DNA of 63,066 bases, the filler included, from Octopus bimaculoides (Eukaryota): assembly GCF_001194135.2 (NCBI RefSeq). It is 4 parts of 4 records of this genome, joined end to end, with 100 filler letters (N's around TTAATTAATTAA, not from the genome) between each part and the next. Parts side by side here need not be neighbours in the genome. Positions count along the whole stretch, not along the records: positions 19,996 to 50,135 come from NC_068981.1; 3 more parts are not named here. One strand, written 5' to 3'. Below the pieces are notes generated by a model, which saw nothing but the letters and a program-made list of their open reading frames with translations, had not been told where the DNA came from and did not search any database. The translations under genes were made by a program, and so were the position numbers. This document shows positions 35,275-47,749 of the stretch, piece after piece; the stretch's first letter is position 1; every line of letters starts with the position of its first letter.

Positions 35275-35358
35275 TAATTATGTACGATCATACTTTTGTC
35301 CAACCCACGCCATGGATAACTGGCGTGGGTTGGGCAAGTGTGCGTTTGTACATAATTA
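35275..35358 (+). ncRNA. Pre-miRNA-shaped hairpin (candidate only)
   Basis: 11-bp basal stem TAATTATGTAC/GTACATAATTA, 6-bp CATACT/AGTGTG, 16-bp TGTCCAACCCACGCCA/TGGCGTGGGTTGGGCA, 8-nt loop; no expression evidence. Confidence 0.3.
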
Positions 35359-35499
35359 TTTGTTCAAAGCTAATGATTCAGTCGTTGCTCCAATTATCTT
35401 CGATGCGTTCTTTCATTCGACAAAGGGAATTACATGTTCATTTATACATCATGTATGTGTGGGAGGAAAAGGAGGAGGAGACAAAAAAAAGAGTGATAT

Positions 35500-35565
35500 A
35501 GATAGAGAGAGGAAGAGAAACAGAGAGAGAGAGAAAGAGAAAAGATGTACAGAGTAGTTGACTGA

Positions 35566-35652
<87 letters not shown>

Positions 35653-35665
35653 TGTGAGTGAGAGA
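35500..35665. repeat. (GA)n-rich tract
   Basis: Direct reading. Confidence 0.95.
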
Positions 35666-35739
35666 CATGTACGATCATACTTATGATCAAAGTTGTTCCA
35701 TTCATGAACCTCTCGTCGGGGTTTTTTTTTAGGCCTACT

Positions 35740-35844
35740 ATTGTAGTACTACAACAACGTCTAGAATATCATAACCACCACTTCAGTATTACAACCAGAG
35801 CAGTACTGCATCCATCAACCACAATGCTATAATTACGGCTGTAG

Positions 35845-35899
<55 letters not shown>

Positions 35900-35910
35900 G
35901 TTGCTGCTGC

Positions 35911-35941
<31 letters not shown>

Positions 35942-35981
35942 ACTACTACAACTACTACTACTACAACTACTACTGCTGCTG

Positions 35982-36036
<55 letters not shown>

Positions 36037-37150
36037 AGAACTACCCTTGTCACCACAGTACGACAACCATCAAGCACAATACTACAGTAACTACTGGTTG
36101 CGGTACTATGCCAAAGGCGAGAGTATTACAACCGCTACCATACATCACCTACAGCTACACTGATAGTGTACGAAAATCACTACTGCAGAACTACGACCAC
36201 CGTTTCAGTACTACAATCACCATTGAAGTACTTCAGCCACTACCACAGTGTTACACTCACCACTAGAGAACTACAACCTCTGCTATTTTACAACGTGTAC
36301 TACCACAATTCTGCATTCGTTGCCACAAGACAACCCTAGCTGTATTGTTATCACTATTTCCTAACCCACTACTATAATACTGTGAAGGCGCATGGCTCAA
36401 TGGTTAGAGCGTCAGGCTCACATTCATGAGGTAGTGACTTCGATTCCCGGACCGGGCTGCATGTTGTGTTCTTGAGCAAGACACTTTATTTCACGTGGCT
36501 CGTGTTCACCCAGCTGTAGAAATGAGTTGTGACGTCACCGGGGCCAAGCTGTATTGACTTTTGCTTTTCTCTTGGATACTATCGATGGCGTGGAGAGGGA
36601 AGACCGGTACGCATGGGCGACTGCTGGTTTTCCATAAACAACCTTGCCCAGACTTGTGCCTCGGAGGGTAACTTTCTAGGTGCAATCCCATGGTCATTCA
36701 TTTACTATAGTACTAGAGTTACTACCATTCTGCTATAATATTATATTTACGACAACAGCTGCTACATTACTACAACCGCTCTTCGCTACAGTACTATTTC
36801 TGCTAACACTAAAATACCACCGCGCGGTTCTTATTTCTTTTCTATATACAAAAAAGATTTTAAAATATACACTTCACAACAAAGAAGCTTTGTAAAATTG
36901 GCACAGAAAAAATCTAAAAAAGAAATACAGCAATAATGGCTTCAAAAACACCTTTATAGAACTAAAAGATTTTATCATCGCTCATGACATTCATGTGGCA
37001 ATATTTTCAATAAAATTACTAAATCCACCATCCCAGTACTACAACTAGGTCTGTAATAGCACACTCACCACCACAGTTTAATCAGTAGAGTACTGCACCG
37101 ATCAACCATAGTACTAGAACAGTGTTCTAACACCATAACTATTGTTTCTG
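35740..37150. repeat. (ACT)n/(GCT)n microsatellite grading into a degenerate ACT/ACC-rich cryptic repeat
   Basis: Pure core 35845-36038; flanks rich in CTAC/TACT/CCAC motifs. Confidence 0.75.
36384..36700 (+). mobile_element. SINE family D (tRNA-like head, conserved-type middle domain)
   Basis: TGGCTCAATGGTTAG A-box, GACTTCGATTCCC B-box, GTGTTCTTGAGCAAGACACTTTATTTCACG...CCCAGCTGTAGAAATGAG middle. Confidence 0.8.
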
Positions 37151-37369
37151 TACTAAAATGACGAAATCATTTTTTATGGAACTAAATGATTTTAGCATCA
37201 TTAATGTTATTCAGGTAGCAATAATTCTGGAAATTTTCTTAGTGTCAGAGCATAAAACAATTACTGTTTAAAATTATGCTCAAATCTGACAAACACTTTC
37301 AGAACAGGAATGATTTTATAAAATACATTACACTTTAAAAATCCCTAACGACATTCGCAAATTAATTTT

Positions 37370-37585
37370 TTTTCTACTCTAGGTACAAGGCCTGAAATTT
37401 TTGGGGAGAGGACCAGTCGATTAGATCGACTCCGATACGCAACTGGTACTTAATTTATCGACCCCGAAAGGATGAAAGGCAAAGTCGACCTCGGCGGAAT
37501 TTGAAATCAGAAAGTAAAGACAGACGAAATATCGCTAAGCATTTCGTCCGGCGTGCTAACGTTTCTGCCAGCTCGCCACCTTCAT
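37370..37585 (-). mobile_element. SINE family A, best-preserved full copy
   Basis: Reads GAAGGTGGCGAGCTGGCAGAAACGTTAGCACGCCGGACG...CCTAGAGTAGAAAAA on minus strand. Confidence 0.95.
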
Positions 37586-37751
37586 TCGCAAATTAATTGA
37601 AAACAAAATGATATCAGGAATGCAAACTTTCAAAACTAGCAGCACGGAACGCGTTAACTCCACACACACACACACACACACAAAATCATACAAACATGTA
37701 CGCACGCATGCACGCACGCACGTACATACGGACGCGCACACATGCAAACAA

Positions 37752-37840
37752 GGTGCGAACTGGCAGAGTGGTTAGAGCGTCAGACAATGCTTTACGGTAA
37801 TTTTTCCGACTGTCTACTCTCTGAGTTCAAATCCTGCAGA
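37752..37840 (+). mobile_element. SINE family A-like head only
   Basis: TGGCAGAGTGGTTAGAGC...CTGAGTTCAAATCC. Confidence 0.6.
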
Positions 37841-38156
37841 GATTAAACGAAATCAATGATTTTCCCCAATTTACTGCAAAATTTAACCGAATACTACTTG
37901 CAGAGATCCCTACAAAGATACGGATCGTTTGTGCGTAACTAAGAACCTACCATGGGGTGGGCTTAGAGATAATGTGTACAATATAATTAAGAAATCTCTC
38001 AGTTGTGATTTTTCATTCAATGTTATCTCAAATTTCGTCAAGTCGTTATAATAATTTGCTGTGTAGGATAAATGAATTTACTCCTAGAAATGAGTCTATT
38101 GTAAAAATATCGATTTTTATGACCTTCATTAATCGAAATATTCTAAATTTATACAG

Positions 38157-38246
<90 letters not shown>

Positions 38247-38611
38247 CCTTCACAAGTTATTTGTGTATTTGATTTTGAAATCATTGTTGTTTCGCGATGT
38301 CATCGTGACCCAGCAGTGATTATTCCACTCAGTTGAAATATCGCTGTGACCATAGGAAAACTATGCTTCTAATTTTTCAGTTAATAAATTACATAATTCA
38401 GACTATCGGGCCCAAATCACGAGTCATGTAATATGGGAGAAAAGTAGTTTATAACCTCTATTGAAGTTATTATCATTAAATACACACAAGTAAGCTACAA
38501 TGTGATCTTAAAAGTTGAGGGAAATTTAAAGATAAATGGCAGAAAATATGGGATCTATAACTATGAGCCATAGTTAAAATTTTCTTTTGTTAACCCTACA
38601 GAAAATGGGGC

Positions 38612-38687
38612 TATATAGACCCTTTTAGGGTGGAAGGTAAATATGGCAAAGTGAATTTAGCAAGGTTAATATTTCTCCGGTTTGCGC

Positions 38688-38755
<68 letters not shown>

Positions 38756-38831
38756 GCGCAAACCGGAGAAATATTAACCTTGCTAAATTCACTTTGCCAT
38801 ATTTACCTTCCACCCTAAAAGGGTCTATATA
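38612..38831. repeat. Perfect 220-bp palindrome: 73-bp arms around (TA)31, TATATA outside both arms
   Basis: 38618-38690 is the exact reverse complement of 38753-38825; ORF track gives identical peptides on both strands. Confidence 0.97.
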
Positions 38832-38999
38832 TATATATATCTGTAAATAATATGTGACAATTATTCGGTAGCCATGATAAAACTCCGAGTTTCAGATGCC
38901 GGGGCGGAAACCCACGCCGCCATCTCTTCAGTTATCTGGTCATTGAAAAATGCTATGAAAATGACCGTTAAACAAAGGGAAATTACTGTGTGGTTGACC

Positions 39000-39290
39000 G
39001 TTATTAAGACAAAAGAGCTATTAGAATGACCGCTAACCGACCCACAGCGTCTGAGGCGAGCGAGAAACTTTGAATTACGCTTGGAGTCTTGTGTTGTTTC
39101 CTATCAATCTTTCCTTCTTCTTGAAATTGTTTATAAACACGATAAACTGTAGCTTTTGGAAGTTTCGTCAGCTTAACAATTCTTTTGGCTGTATGCCCGG
39201 GGCGCGCCAAAAGCAACAACGGTGGAACGATTCTGTTTACACTGATTTAAAAAATTTGAATGTTTGAAAATCAGTGTAAACTGTGTAACC
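39000..39290 (-). mobile_element. Tc1/maT-like transposase N-terminal HTH remnant
   Basis: ARPGHTAKRIVKLTKLPKATVYRVYKQFQEEGKIDRKQHK. Confidence 0.65.
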
Positions 39291-41948
39291 GGTTAAATCG
39301 TTAAATATTATGATAAAAAATAGGATCTAGTTCAAAACGGGGGCACCAGTTTTCATTTATGTTTTATGTAGTGTTTTTGGTACCGAAAGTCTTTCAAACT
39401 TCGTATACTTATCTATTTTGTGTTATAGAACAGAAAAAAATTTTTGTATTCGGAGTTATTTCATGTAAAAAATTGTCTTATTTCGATAATTTCAACCAAT
39501 CACTGACAAGTATTCAGCTGTTTACAGTTACTCTTTTGGCAGTTTAAGCGGTGTAACGCGTATTTAATCTCCATTTATAATTTCGTTAACATCTGCCTGA
39601 ACTGTATGTGTACAACATTTGCTTTTTTCATTTTCTTTCACGCGTGTTTATTTCGTTANNNNNNNNNNNNNNNNNNNNNNNNNNNNNNNNNNNNNNNNNN
39701 NNNNNNNNNNNNNNNNNNNNNNNNNNNNNNNNNNNNNNNNNNNNNNNNNNNNNNNNNNNNNNNNNNNNNNNNNNNNNNNNNNNNNNNNNNNNNNNNNNNN
39801 NNNNNNNNNNNNNNNNNNNNNNNNNNNNNNNNNNNNNNNNNNNNNNNNNNNNNNNNNNNNNNNNNNNNNNNNNNNNNNNNNNNNNNNNNNNNNNNNNNNN
39901 NNNNNNNNNNNNNNNNNNNNNNNNNNNNNNNNNNNNNNNNNNNNNNNNNNNNNNNNNNNNNNNNNNNNNNNNNNNNNNNNNNNNNNNNNNNNNNNNNNNN
40001 NNNNNNNNNNNNNNNNNNNNNNNNNNNNNNNNNNNNNNNNNNNNNNNNNNNNNNNNNNNNNNNNNNNNNNNNNNNNNNNNNNNNNNNNNNNNNNNNNNNN
40101 NNNNNNNNNNNNNNNNNNNNNNNNNNNNNNNNNNNNNNNNNNNNNNNNNNNNNNNNNNNNNNNNNNNNNNNNNNNNNNNNNNNNNNNNNNNNNNNNNNNN
40201 NNNNNNNNNNNNNNNNNNNNNNNNNNNNNNNNNNNNNNNNNNNNNNNNNNNNNNNNNNNNNNNNNNNNNNNNNNNNNNNNNNNNNNNNNNNNNNNNNNNN
40301 NNNNNNNNNNNNNNNNNNNNNNAAGAAAACTTTCCCGTGCGAAACTGGCCCAACTACCGTTGACATGCCCAAATATTTAAGCTTCGCTTCCATAGACAGA
40401 ACGAGTATTTCTTGTTGATGTCACTTCTGAAAAGCCTCTTTTTAATTCATATAACACGCAGTGTCTGATATGGGTCTGATCTAAATTCATTCCAAAAGGA
40501 TGAAATCGATACAAATTTTGCCACATCGGTATAAATCAATCTGCAAAGCAAGAAAAAAACCATAACATTAAAATGTAAAAATTTAATGCTTATTTTTACG
40601 ATAAGTATTGAAAAGTTATCCTCAAAGTGATCATATCAAAAATTTGACAGGATTTTCTAATCTGTCTGTCTGTCTATCTATCTGTAGTGTCAATTCTTTC
40701 ATCTCGTTTCCACGTTTTTATAAATATGTTTAGTTGTGTCCTCATTTAGAAATAGCAAGAACTTTGGTTAGCATAGTTTGCCACTCAGTTTTGATTCTCG
40801 CTTGATTCCACTTTTCTTTAATCTGATCACTAATAACATAGATATAATACTGACTTCGTTATGAATTTGATATAACGTGTTCTTAAATTAATTTGTATTG
40901 CCTCTTTAATTAAACTCTTACTATGGTATAACAACGATGAGTGCATCATTTATAACACATTTATGTACACGAACGTGGAATGGCGCTCGCTGTGGGATTT
41001 AGTCTCGGAGAATAACTTTTCCAAAGAAACTCTGTGTACTAAAAACACAACATGCTGTAAATGACGTCAGTGGTCTGTCAGACACCGATGTTTCGGCATG
41101 ACGTCGTCTTCTCAAGGACAAAGGCTGCCTCGATCAATTGGAACTAGCTACGAACTTCTTTGATATAAATGTTATTACTTTAATCTCTGCAGTTTCAAGT
41201 GTGTATACTGATCTTTCAGTGGTGTTTTATGTTCCCATTGCCAAAACACAGTAAGCCAAACTTAGACTATGGCTGAAGATAAAACCTGAAAATGTCGTTC
41301 AAATAAAATAAATTGCACTCAGATAATACTTCGTTACCCTCTTCACATTAATTTATTTACTCACCGTATTTTATAATTCCACGTTCCACTTTTTACTTTC
41401 TTTCTTTTCTTCTCGTATTCTCTTTAGCTCTTTCTTTTTTCCCTTCTTTTATTGTTTGGTCTTTCTAAGCCAGGGCATACGACGACGAGAACTATGTTAT
41501 AGCAACAGATTTACCGATTTACCGTCTCTACTAATCTATTGTACTTCTTCTTCTTCCTCTTCTTACCGTTTCTGTGTTTTGTAGACTATTTATTTTCCTA
41601 TATTTCTTTGTATTTTTTCCAACAACACAGCAGTCACCTCATTGCGTTTACTTAAAAGCAGACGTTCACGCAAGATCGCCTCTTTTATAGATTTTTTTCA
41701 CGGTGTCATTTTAAGAGAACCTTATCTCAGTAAAAGCTACATCTTTTTGTTTTCCACAGTTCTTGAAATACACGTATTTAAGCAGAACAAGTAAGTTAAT
41801 TAATAATCTCTGTCGTCGTGGTTTGTGTTCACTGTGTCGTTTTGTTATTTTGTTATGGGGTTGTCAGAACTTAATAAGTAAAAATGTGTGGAGTCGTCAA
41901 AATATTGTTCTTTCAAGTTTTAGCCTGCACCATGTGTGCGTGAGTATT

Positions 41949-42020
<72 letters not shown>

Positions 42021-42344
42021 NNNNNNNNNNNNNNNNNNNNNNNNNNNNNNNNNNNNNNNNNNNNNNNNNNNNNNNNNNNNNNNNNNNNNNNNNNNNNNNN
42101 NNNNNNNNNNNNNNNNNNNNNNNNNNNNNNNNNNNNNNNNNNNNNNNNNNNNNNNNNNNNNNNNNNNNNNNNNNNNNNNNNNNNNNNNNNNNNNNNNNNN
42201 NNNNNNNNNNNNNNNNNNNNNNNNNNNNNNNNNNNNNNNNNNNNNNNNNNNNNNNNNNNNNNNNNNNNNNNNNNNNNNNNNNNNNNNNNNNNNNNNNNNN
42301 NNNNNNNNNNCTTTATTGCCCACAAGGGGCTAAATATAGAGGGG

Positions 42345-42526
42345 ACAAACATTGGAAAGACAAAGGGTCTAAGTCGATTATATCGACCCCAGTGCATAAC
42401 TGGTACTTATTCAATCGACCCCGAAAGGATGAAAGGCAAAGTTAACCTCGGCGGAATTTGAACTCAGAACGTAGCAGCAGACGAAATACCGTTAAGCACT
42501 TCGGCTAGCGTGCTAACGATTCTATA
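42345..42526 (-). mobile_element. SINE family A
   Basis: ATCGACCCCAGTG..AACTGGTACTT...GGCGGAATTTGAACTCAGAACGTAGC. Confidence 0.88.
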
Positions 42527-43403
42527 CACACGCACCTATTTTATAATATATTTTTGTTTGCGCATGTCTGTGTACAATATTTAAGCATGTACTATCTCTT
42601 TGCTTATCTATGTATTTATCCAACTATCAACCTATCGGTACAAGTACATTTGTGTTGTACGTGTATATTTGTATGTAATGCATGTATGTATGTATGTAAT
42701 TATGTATGTATGCATATATTTCAATGAGACCAGCAAAAAAATAAAAACACCATTATTGTAATCTTAAATATAGTCGTTGTAAGCTGATCGCATGAAGTTT
42801 AGTTTTAATTCGTAACTAAATCTGTTTTGTTTCAGTTGCGTTGTTAATGTTATTAATAATAAGAACAATAAGAATAATACTGCACTCTAATTAGAGAAAA
42901 GCTCTTGGTTAAAGGTCCACACGGCGTCTAGAAAGGGCTATCTGCCGAAGATATATATATATATATATATTCCATAGAACCTCGCAGATCTGGACACCAA
43001 TATCTAAGCATTATCTAAGTCTAATAAGGTTACCTATGAAGAAAACCAAATAATACCAAAGTAAACGATTCTCACAGACTAGAAATCAACAAACACTTTC
43101 CACTTTACAAGAATGAAGAGGAATCCAGAACAACGAGACTAAGACATATGAAATTCACTATACATACATACATACGTACATACATACATACGTACATACA
43201 TACATGCATGCATACAAAAAGAGAAATCGACCGGCTAATTCGTACATTACAAGTTCAATCTGTGAGTGAAAATATGCAAGACTTTTCTCAAGTTCCAAAT
43301 GGGGATTTGTCTGTGTTAACTACATCCCAAAGATGGAGCCTTGTATCTTTGTTGGAAACCGGCTCCCTCCTCAGTGGAAGATTTATAATAATTAAAAAAA
43401 TAG

Positions 43404-43475
<72 letters not shown>

Positions 43476-43686
43476 TGAACTTCGAATAAGATTGTAACTT
43501 ACCATGAAACTTTGTTGTACCTTAGTCAAGGGAGTCCCCTAATTGTATCTTTAGGTGTGTAAAATAATGGCCGTCTTCTCTTCTCTTAGACATACATTCT
43601 CTCTCTCTCTCTGTTTTTCTTGTAAGGTGTTATAGTAGTTTAAATCAATGTAGTATTGATATTTACTTTATAAAATCTGTAGCATT

Positions 43687-43987
43687 GGAGGCGCAATGGC
43701 TCAGTGGTTAGGGCAGCGGACTCGCGGTCATAGGATTGCGGTTTCGATTCCCAGACCGGGCATTGTGAGTGTTTATTAAGCGAAAACACCTAGGCTCCGG
43801 CAGGGGATGGTGGCGAACCCTGCTGTACTCTTCCACCACAACTTTCTCTTACTTCCTGTTTCTGTTGTGCCTGTAATTCAAAGGGTCAGCCTTGTCAAGC
43901 TGAATATCCCGGAGATCTACGTTCAGGGTACACGTGTCTGTGGAGTGCTCAGCCACATGCACGTTCATCTCACGAGCAGGCTGTTCC
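43687..43987 (+). mobile_element. SINE family C, runs into gap
   Basis: Near-identical to 25153-25487 with small deletions. Confidence 0.92.
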
Positions 43988-45361
43988 NNNNNNNNNNNNN
44001 NNNNNNNNNNNNNNNNNNNNNNNNNNNNNNNNNNNNNNNNNNNNNNNNNNNNNNNNNNNNNNNNNNNNNNNNNNNNNNNNNNNNNNNNNNNNNNNNNNNN
44101 NNNNNNNNNNNNNNNNNNNNNNNNNNNNNNNNNNNNNNNNNNNNNNNNNNNNNNNNNNNNNNNNNNNNNNNNNNNNNNNNNNNNNNNNNNNNNNNNNNNN
44201 NNNNNNNNNNNNNNNNNNNNNNNNNNNNNNNNNNNNNNNNNNNNNNNNNNNNNNNNNNNNNNNNNNNNNNNNNNNNNNNNNNNNNNNNNNNNNNNNNNNN
44301 NNNNNNNNNNNNNNNNNNNNNNNNNNNNNNNNNNNNNNNNNNNNNNNNNNNNNNNNNNNNNNNNNNNNNNNNNNNNNNNNNNNNNNNNNNNNNNNNNNNN
44401 NNNNNNNNNNNNNNNNNNNNNNNNNNNNNNNNNNNNNNNNNNNNNNNNNNNNNNNNNNNNNNNNNNNNNNNNNNNNNNNNNNNNNNNNNNNNNNNNNNNN
44501 NNNNNNNNNNNNNNNNNNNNNNNNNNNNNNNNNNNNNNNNNNNNNNNNNNNNNNNNNNNNNNNNNNNNNNNNNNNNNNNNNNNNNNNNNNNNNNNNNNNN
44601 NNNNNNNNNNNNNNNNNNNNNNNNNNNNNNNNNNNNNNNNNNNNNNNNNNNNNNNNNNNNNNNNNNNNNNNNNNNNNNNNNNNNNNNNNNNNNNNNNNNN
44701 NNNNNNNNNNNNNNNNNNNNNNNNNNNNNNNNNNNNNNNNNNNNNNNNNNNNNNNNNNNNNNNNNNNNNNNNNNNNNNNNNNNNNNNNNNNNNNNNNNNN
44801 NNNNNNNNNNNNNNNNNNNNNNNNNNNNNNNNNNNNNNNNNNNNNNNNNNNNNNNTAGCTAAGAATGCTTGATGCTTTGAACAATTTCACTGACAAAGTC
44901 ATACTCTATCGTCTTTATGATCAGAAAGAACATATTAAATAATCCAGTTGGAAAGGAGATGATCACGGCTTCAATGCTTTTAACTGTAGACCAGGATTCC
45001 TATTGGGTTGACCTAGGGCTAAAAAAAACAAACAAAAAAAACATTGTTTATGTCAAATACAATTAATAAAAAATATTAACATCGAATTGAATTTCTGAAT
45101 TTCTGAATGCATTCCTGGTGCATTATGGGAAATTACGTCCATAAGGAAGCCATTGTTTCAGTACTCGGTGTGCGTTAGACATAGCAGTTAAATCTCCATC
45201 GTATAACATGCTATTGTTTTACGAAAGGAAGGGTATATTCAACTATGTGGTTCTCGTACAGTGTACCTGCAGGAAAAAAAAAGTTAAAGACGTGACGGTC
45301 ACAGCTGGAAGGCTTTTTGATCATATGTCTGCGTAATGAGATACCTACACGGAGTTAAACA

Positions 45362-45407
45362 TCTACTACTAATACTACTACTACTGCTGCTACTGCTGCT
45401 ACTGCTA

Positions 45408-45439
<32 letters not shown>

Positions 45440-45467
45440 ACTACAACAACAGCTGCTGCTGCTGCTG

Positions 45468-45504
<37 letters not shown>

Positions 45505-45557
45505 NNNNNNNNNNNNNNNNNNNNNNNNNNNNNNNNNNNNNNNNNNNNNNNNNNNNN

Positions 45558-45601
<44 letters not shown>

Positions 45602-45605
45602 CGTG
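45362..45605. repeat. (ACT)n/(GCT)n and (TG)n microsatellites
   Basis: Direct reading. Confidence 0.95.
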
Positions 45606-46182
45606 TGAATGTGATTAATCACACTAGAATTTTATCTGAAATCTGACCATATCCATGATCACACCAGTCATGATTTATGTCAGCCACGTCCTATTTCTCT
45701 GATATGGGAAAGATAAAAGACGGGAATAAATAAATAAGTAAATAAATAAATCAAAAAGAAAACTGTAACAGCAACAAGAGCAACACCACCACCACCACCA
45801 CCACAACCACCACCACCACCGAAGCAATGGACACCAACCGAAATAAAACACACCAACGTTCATTAACTAAAAATGCAATGAGCTAAAGGAAGATAACTCA
45901 ACAGGGTAATAGGATGGATTTGAGACAACTAAAGGGGGAGAAGGAATGAGAATGCACTGAGTGGCATGTGTAATTAAAAGCTTTTAATTAAATGAAGATT
46001 TCCATTTAGTAGATGAAGAAAGGAAGGAAAAAAAATTAATTGAAATGGCCAGTCTGATGTTCTGGTTTGTGTTTGATATAAATAGCGACTTGATATGAGT
46101 TCTGATGGCAGGAGGACGGATAGGGGTTGCTGGTTTTCTGATGAATAGTCAATAAGCTATGGAACATATCAAAGGAACATAT

Positions 46183-46520
46183 CATGGTTCCAGGTTCAGT
46201 CCCACTGCGTGGCACCTTGGGCAAGTGTCCTCTACTATAGCCTCGGGCCGACCAAAGCCTTGTGAGTGGATTTGGTAGACGGAAACTGAAAGAAGCCCGT
46301 CGTATATATGTATGTGTGTTTGTGTGTCTGTGTTTGTTCCCCCAACATCGCTTGACAACCGATGCTGGTGTGTTTACGTCCCTGTAACTTAGCGGTTCGG
46401 CATAAGAGACCAATAGAATAAGTACTAGGCTTACAAACAATAAGTCCTGGAGTCGATTTTCTCGACTAAAGGCGGTGCTCCAGCATGGCCGCAGTCAAAT
46501 GACTGAAACAAGTAAAAGAG
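46183..46520 (+). mobile_element. SINE family B, slightly 5'-truncated
   Basis: Matches family B from CATGGTTCC to GTAAAAGAG. Confidence 0.95.
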
Positions 46521-47231
46521 TATATTTCTTGCATATGAAAAGAATACAAAGGTATTGACATGTATTTATGTTTTAACGTTGGAACCCCTAGGAGAAAAAT
46601 GCAGACTGCCCGTAGTATAATGGTAACATATCTATTATGTTCTAAGAAGGTGTGGGTTCGCGTCCCACGGGCAGCCATCGACATTTTTGTTTTTTACCTA
46701 AGGATGTTTTTTAATTCCAATATTCTGCATAATGTTATTTATCGTTTTATGTACATAGAGTTCTACCGTTAAAACGATTTACGTTATATGTCTCAGAGTT
46801 TTTAAAAGAATATAAACATTTTCTCACTCAGCTTGGGGAACGATAAAAAAATCATAGGAAGTATGGTCTGGACTTTAGGAAAGATGAAGGACAGTTTTGA
46901 TGCCCATCTCTGTAAAGTGGTTCGTTACCAGGATGCTCGTTTCTGAGTACCCCGGATACAAACGGAGCATAAATTTCGTGCATGTGCAGATATTCATGAA
47001 TAAGTCTGTGTACAGTTGCTACACCAACTCCAAACTATGCCTATTGTCTTTACAGACACATAGCAGTCTTCATCCAGAAAATTTCGAATTTCCTCAACCA
47101 GCTCCGATGCCCTGGCGTTCCGCTGCCTCTCACACCACAATTCACCTCTTACCTCCTCTCTACTCTCCTCGAACCTTTTGTACCAACGGCAAAAATTAAC
47201 CCATAAGCAGTCTGGGGCATTTCATAAGCTC

Positions 47232-47636
47232 CTCTTTTACTTGTTTCAGTCGTTTGACTGCGGCCATGCTGGAGCACCGCCTTTAGTCGAGGAAATCGAC
47301 TCCAGGACTTATTGTTTGTAAGCCTAGTACTTATTCTATCGGTCTCTTATGCCGAACCGCTAAGTTACAGGGACGTAAACACACCAGCATCGGTTGTCAA
47401 GCGATGTTGGGAGGAGGGAAAACACAGACACACAAACACACTCATATACACATATATATATATATATATATACGACGGCCTTCTTTCAGTTTCCGTCTAC
47501 CAAACCCACTCACAAGGCTTTGATCGGCCCGAGGCTATGGTAGAAGACACTTGCCCAAGGTGCCACGCAGTGGAAATGAACCCAGAGCCATGTGGTTGGT
47601 AAGCAAGCTACTTACCACACAACCACACCTGCGCCT
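47232..47636 (-). mobile_element. SINE family B, full length
   Basis: Reverse complement from GGCGCAGG to GTAAAAGAG. Confidence 0.95.
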
Positions 47637-47749
47637 ATATATATTTCTATCTTAGCCTAGCGCCGCCATCGGTTTTGCACCCCACACAGTATTCGCCTGT
47701 TTCCACGTCAGTAACACCACAACAATCACTGACTCCCAAATACCAGTAC

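Noticed and set aside
38625-38818. Identical 62-aa proteins on both strands
   Set aside because: A direct consequence of the DNA palindrome; they start at GTG and run through (TA)n
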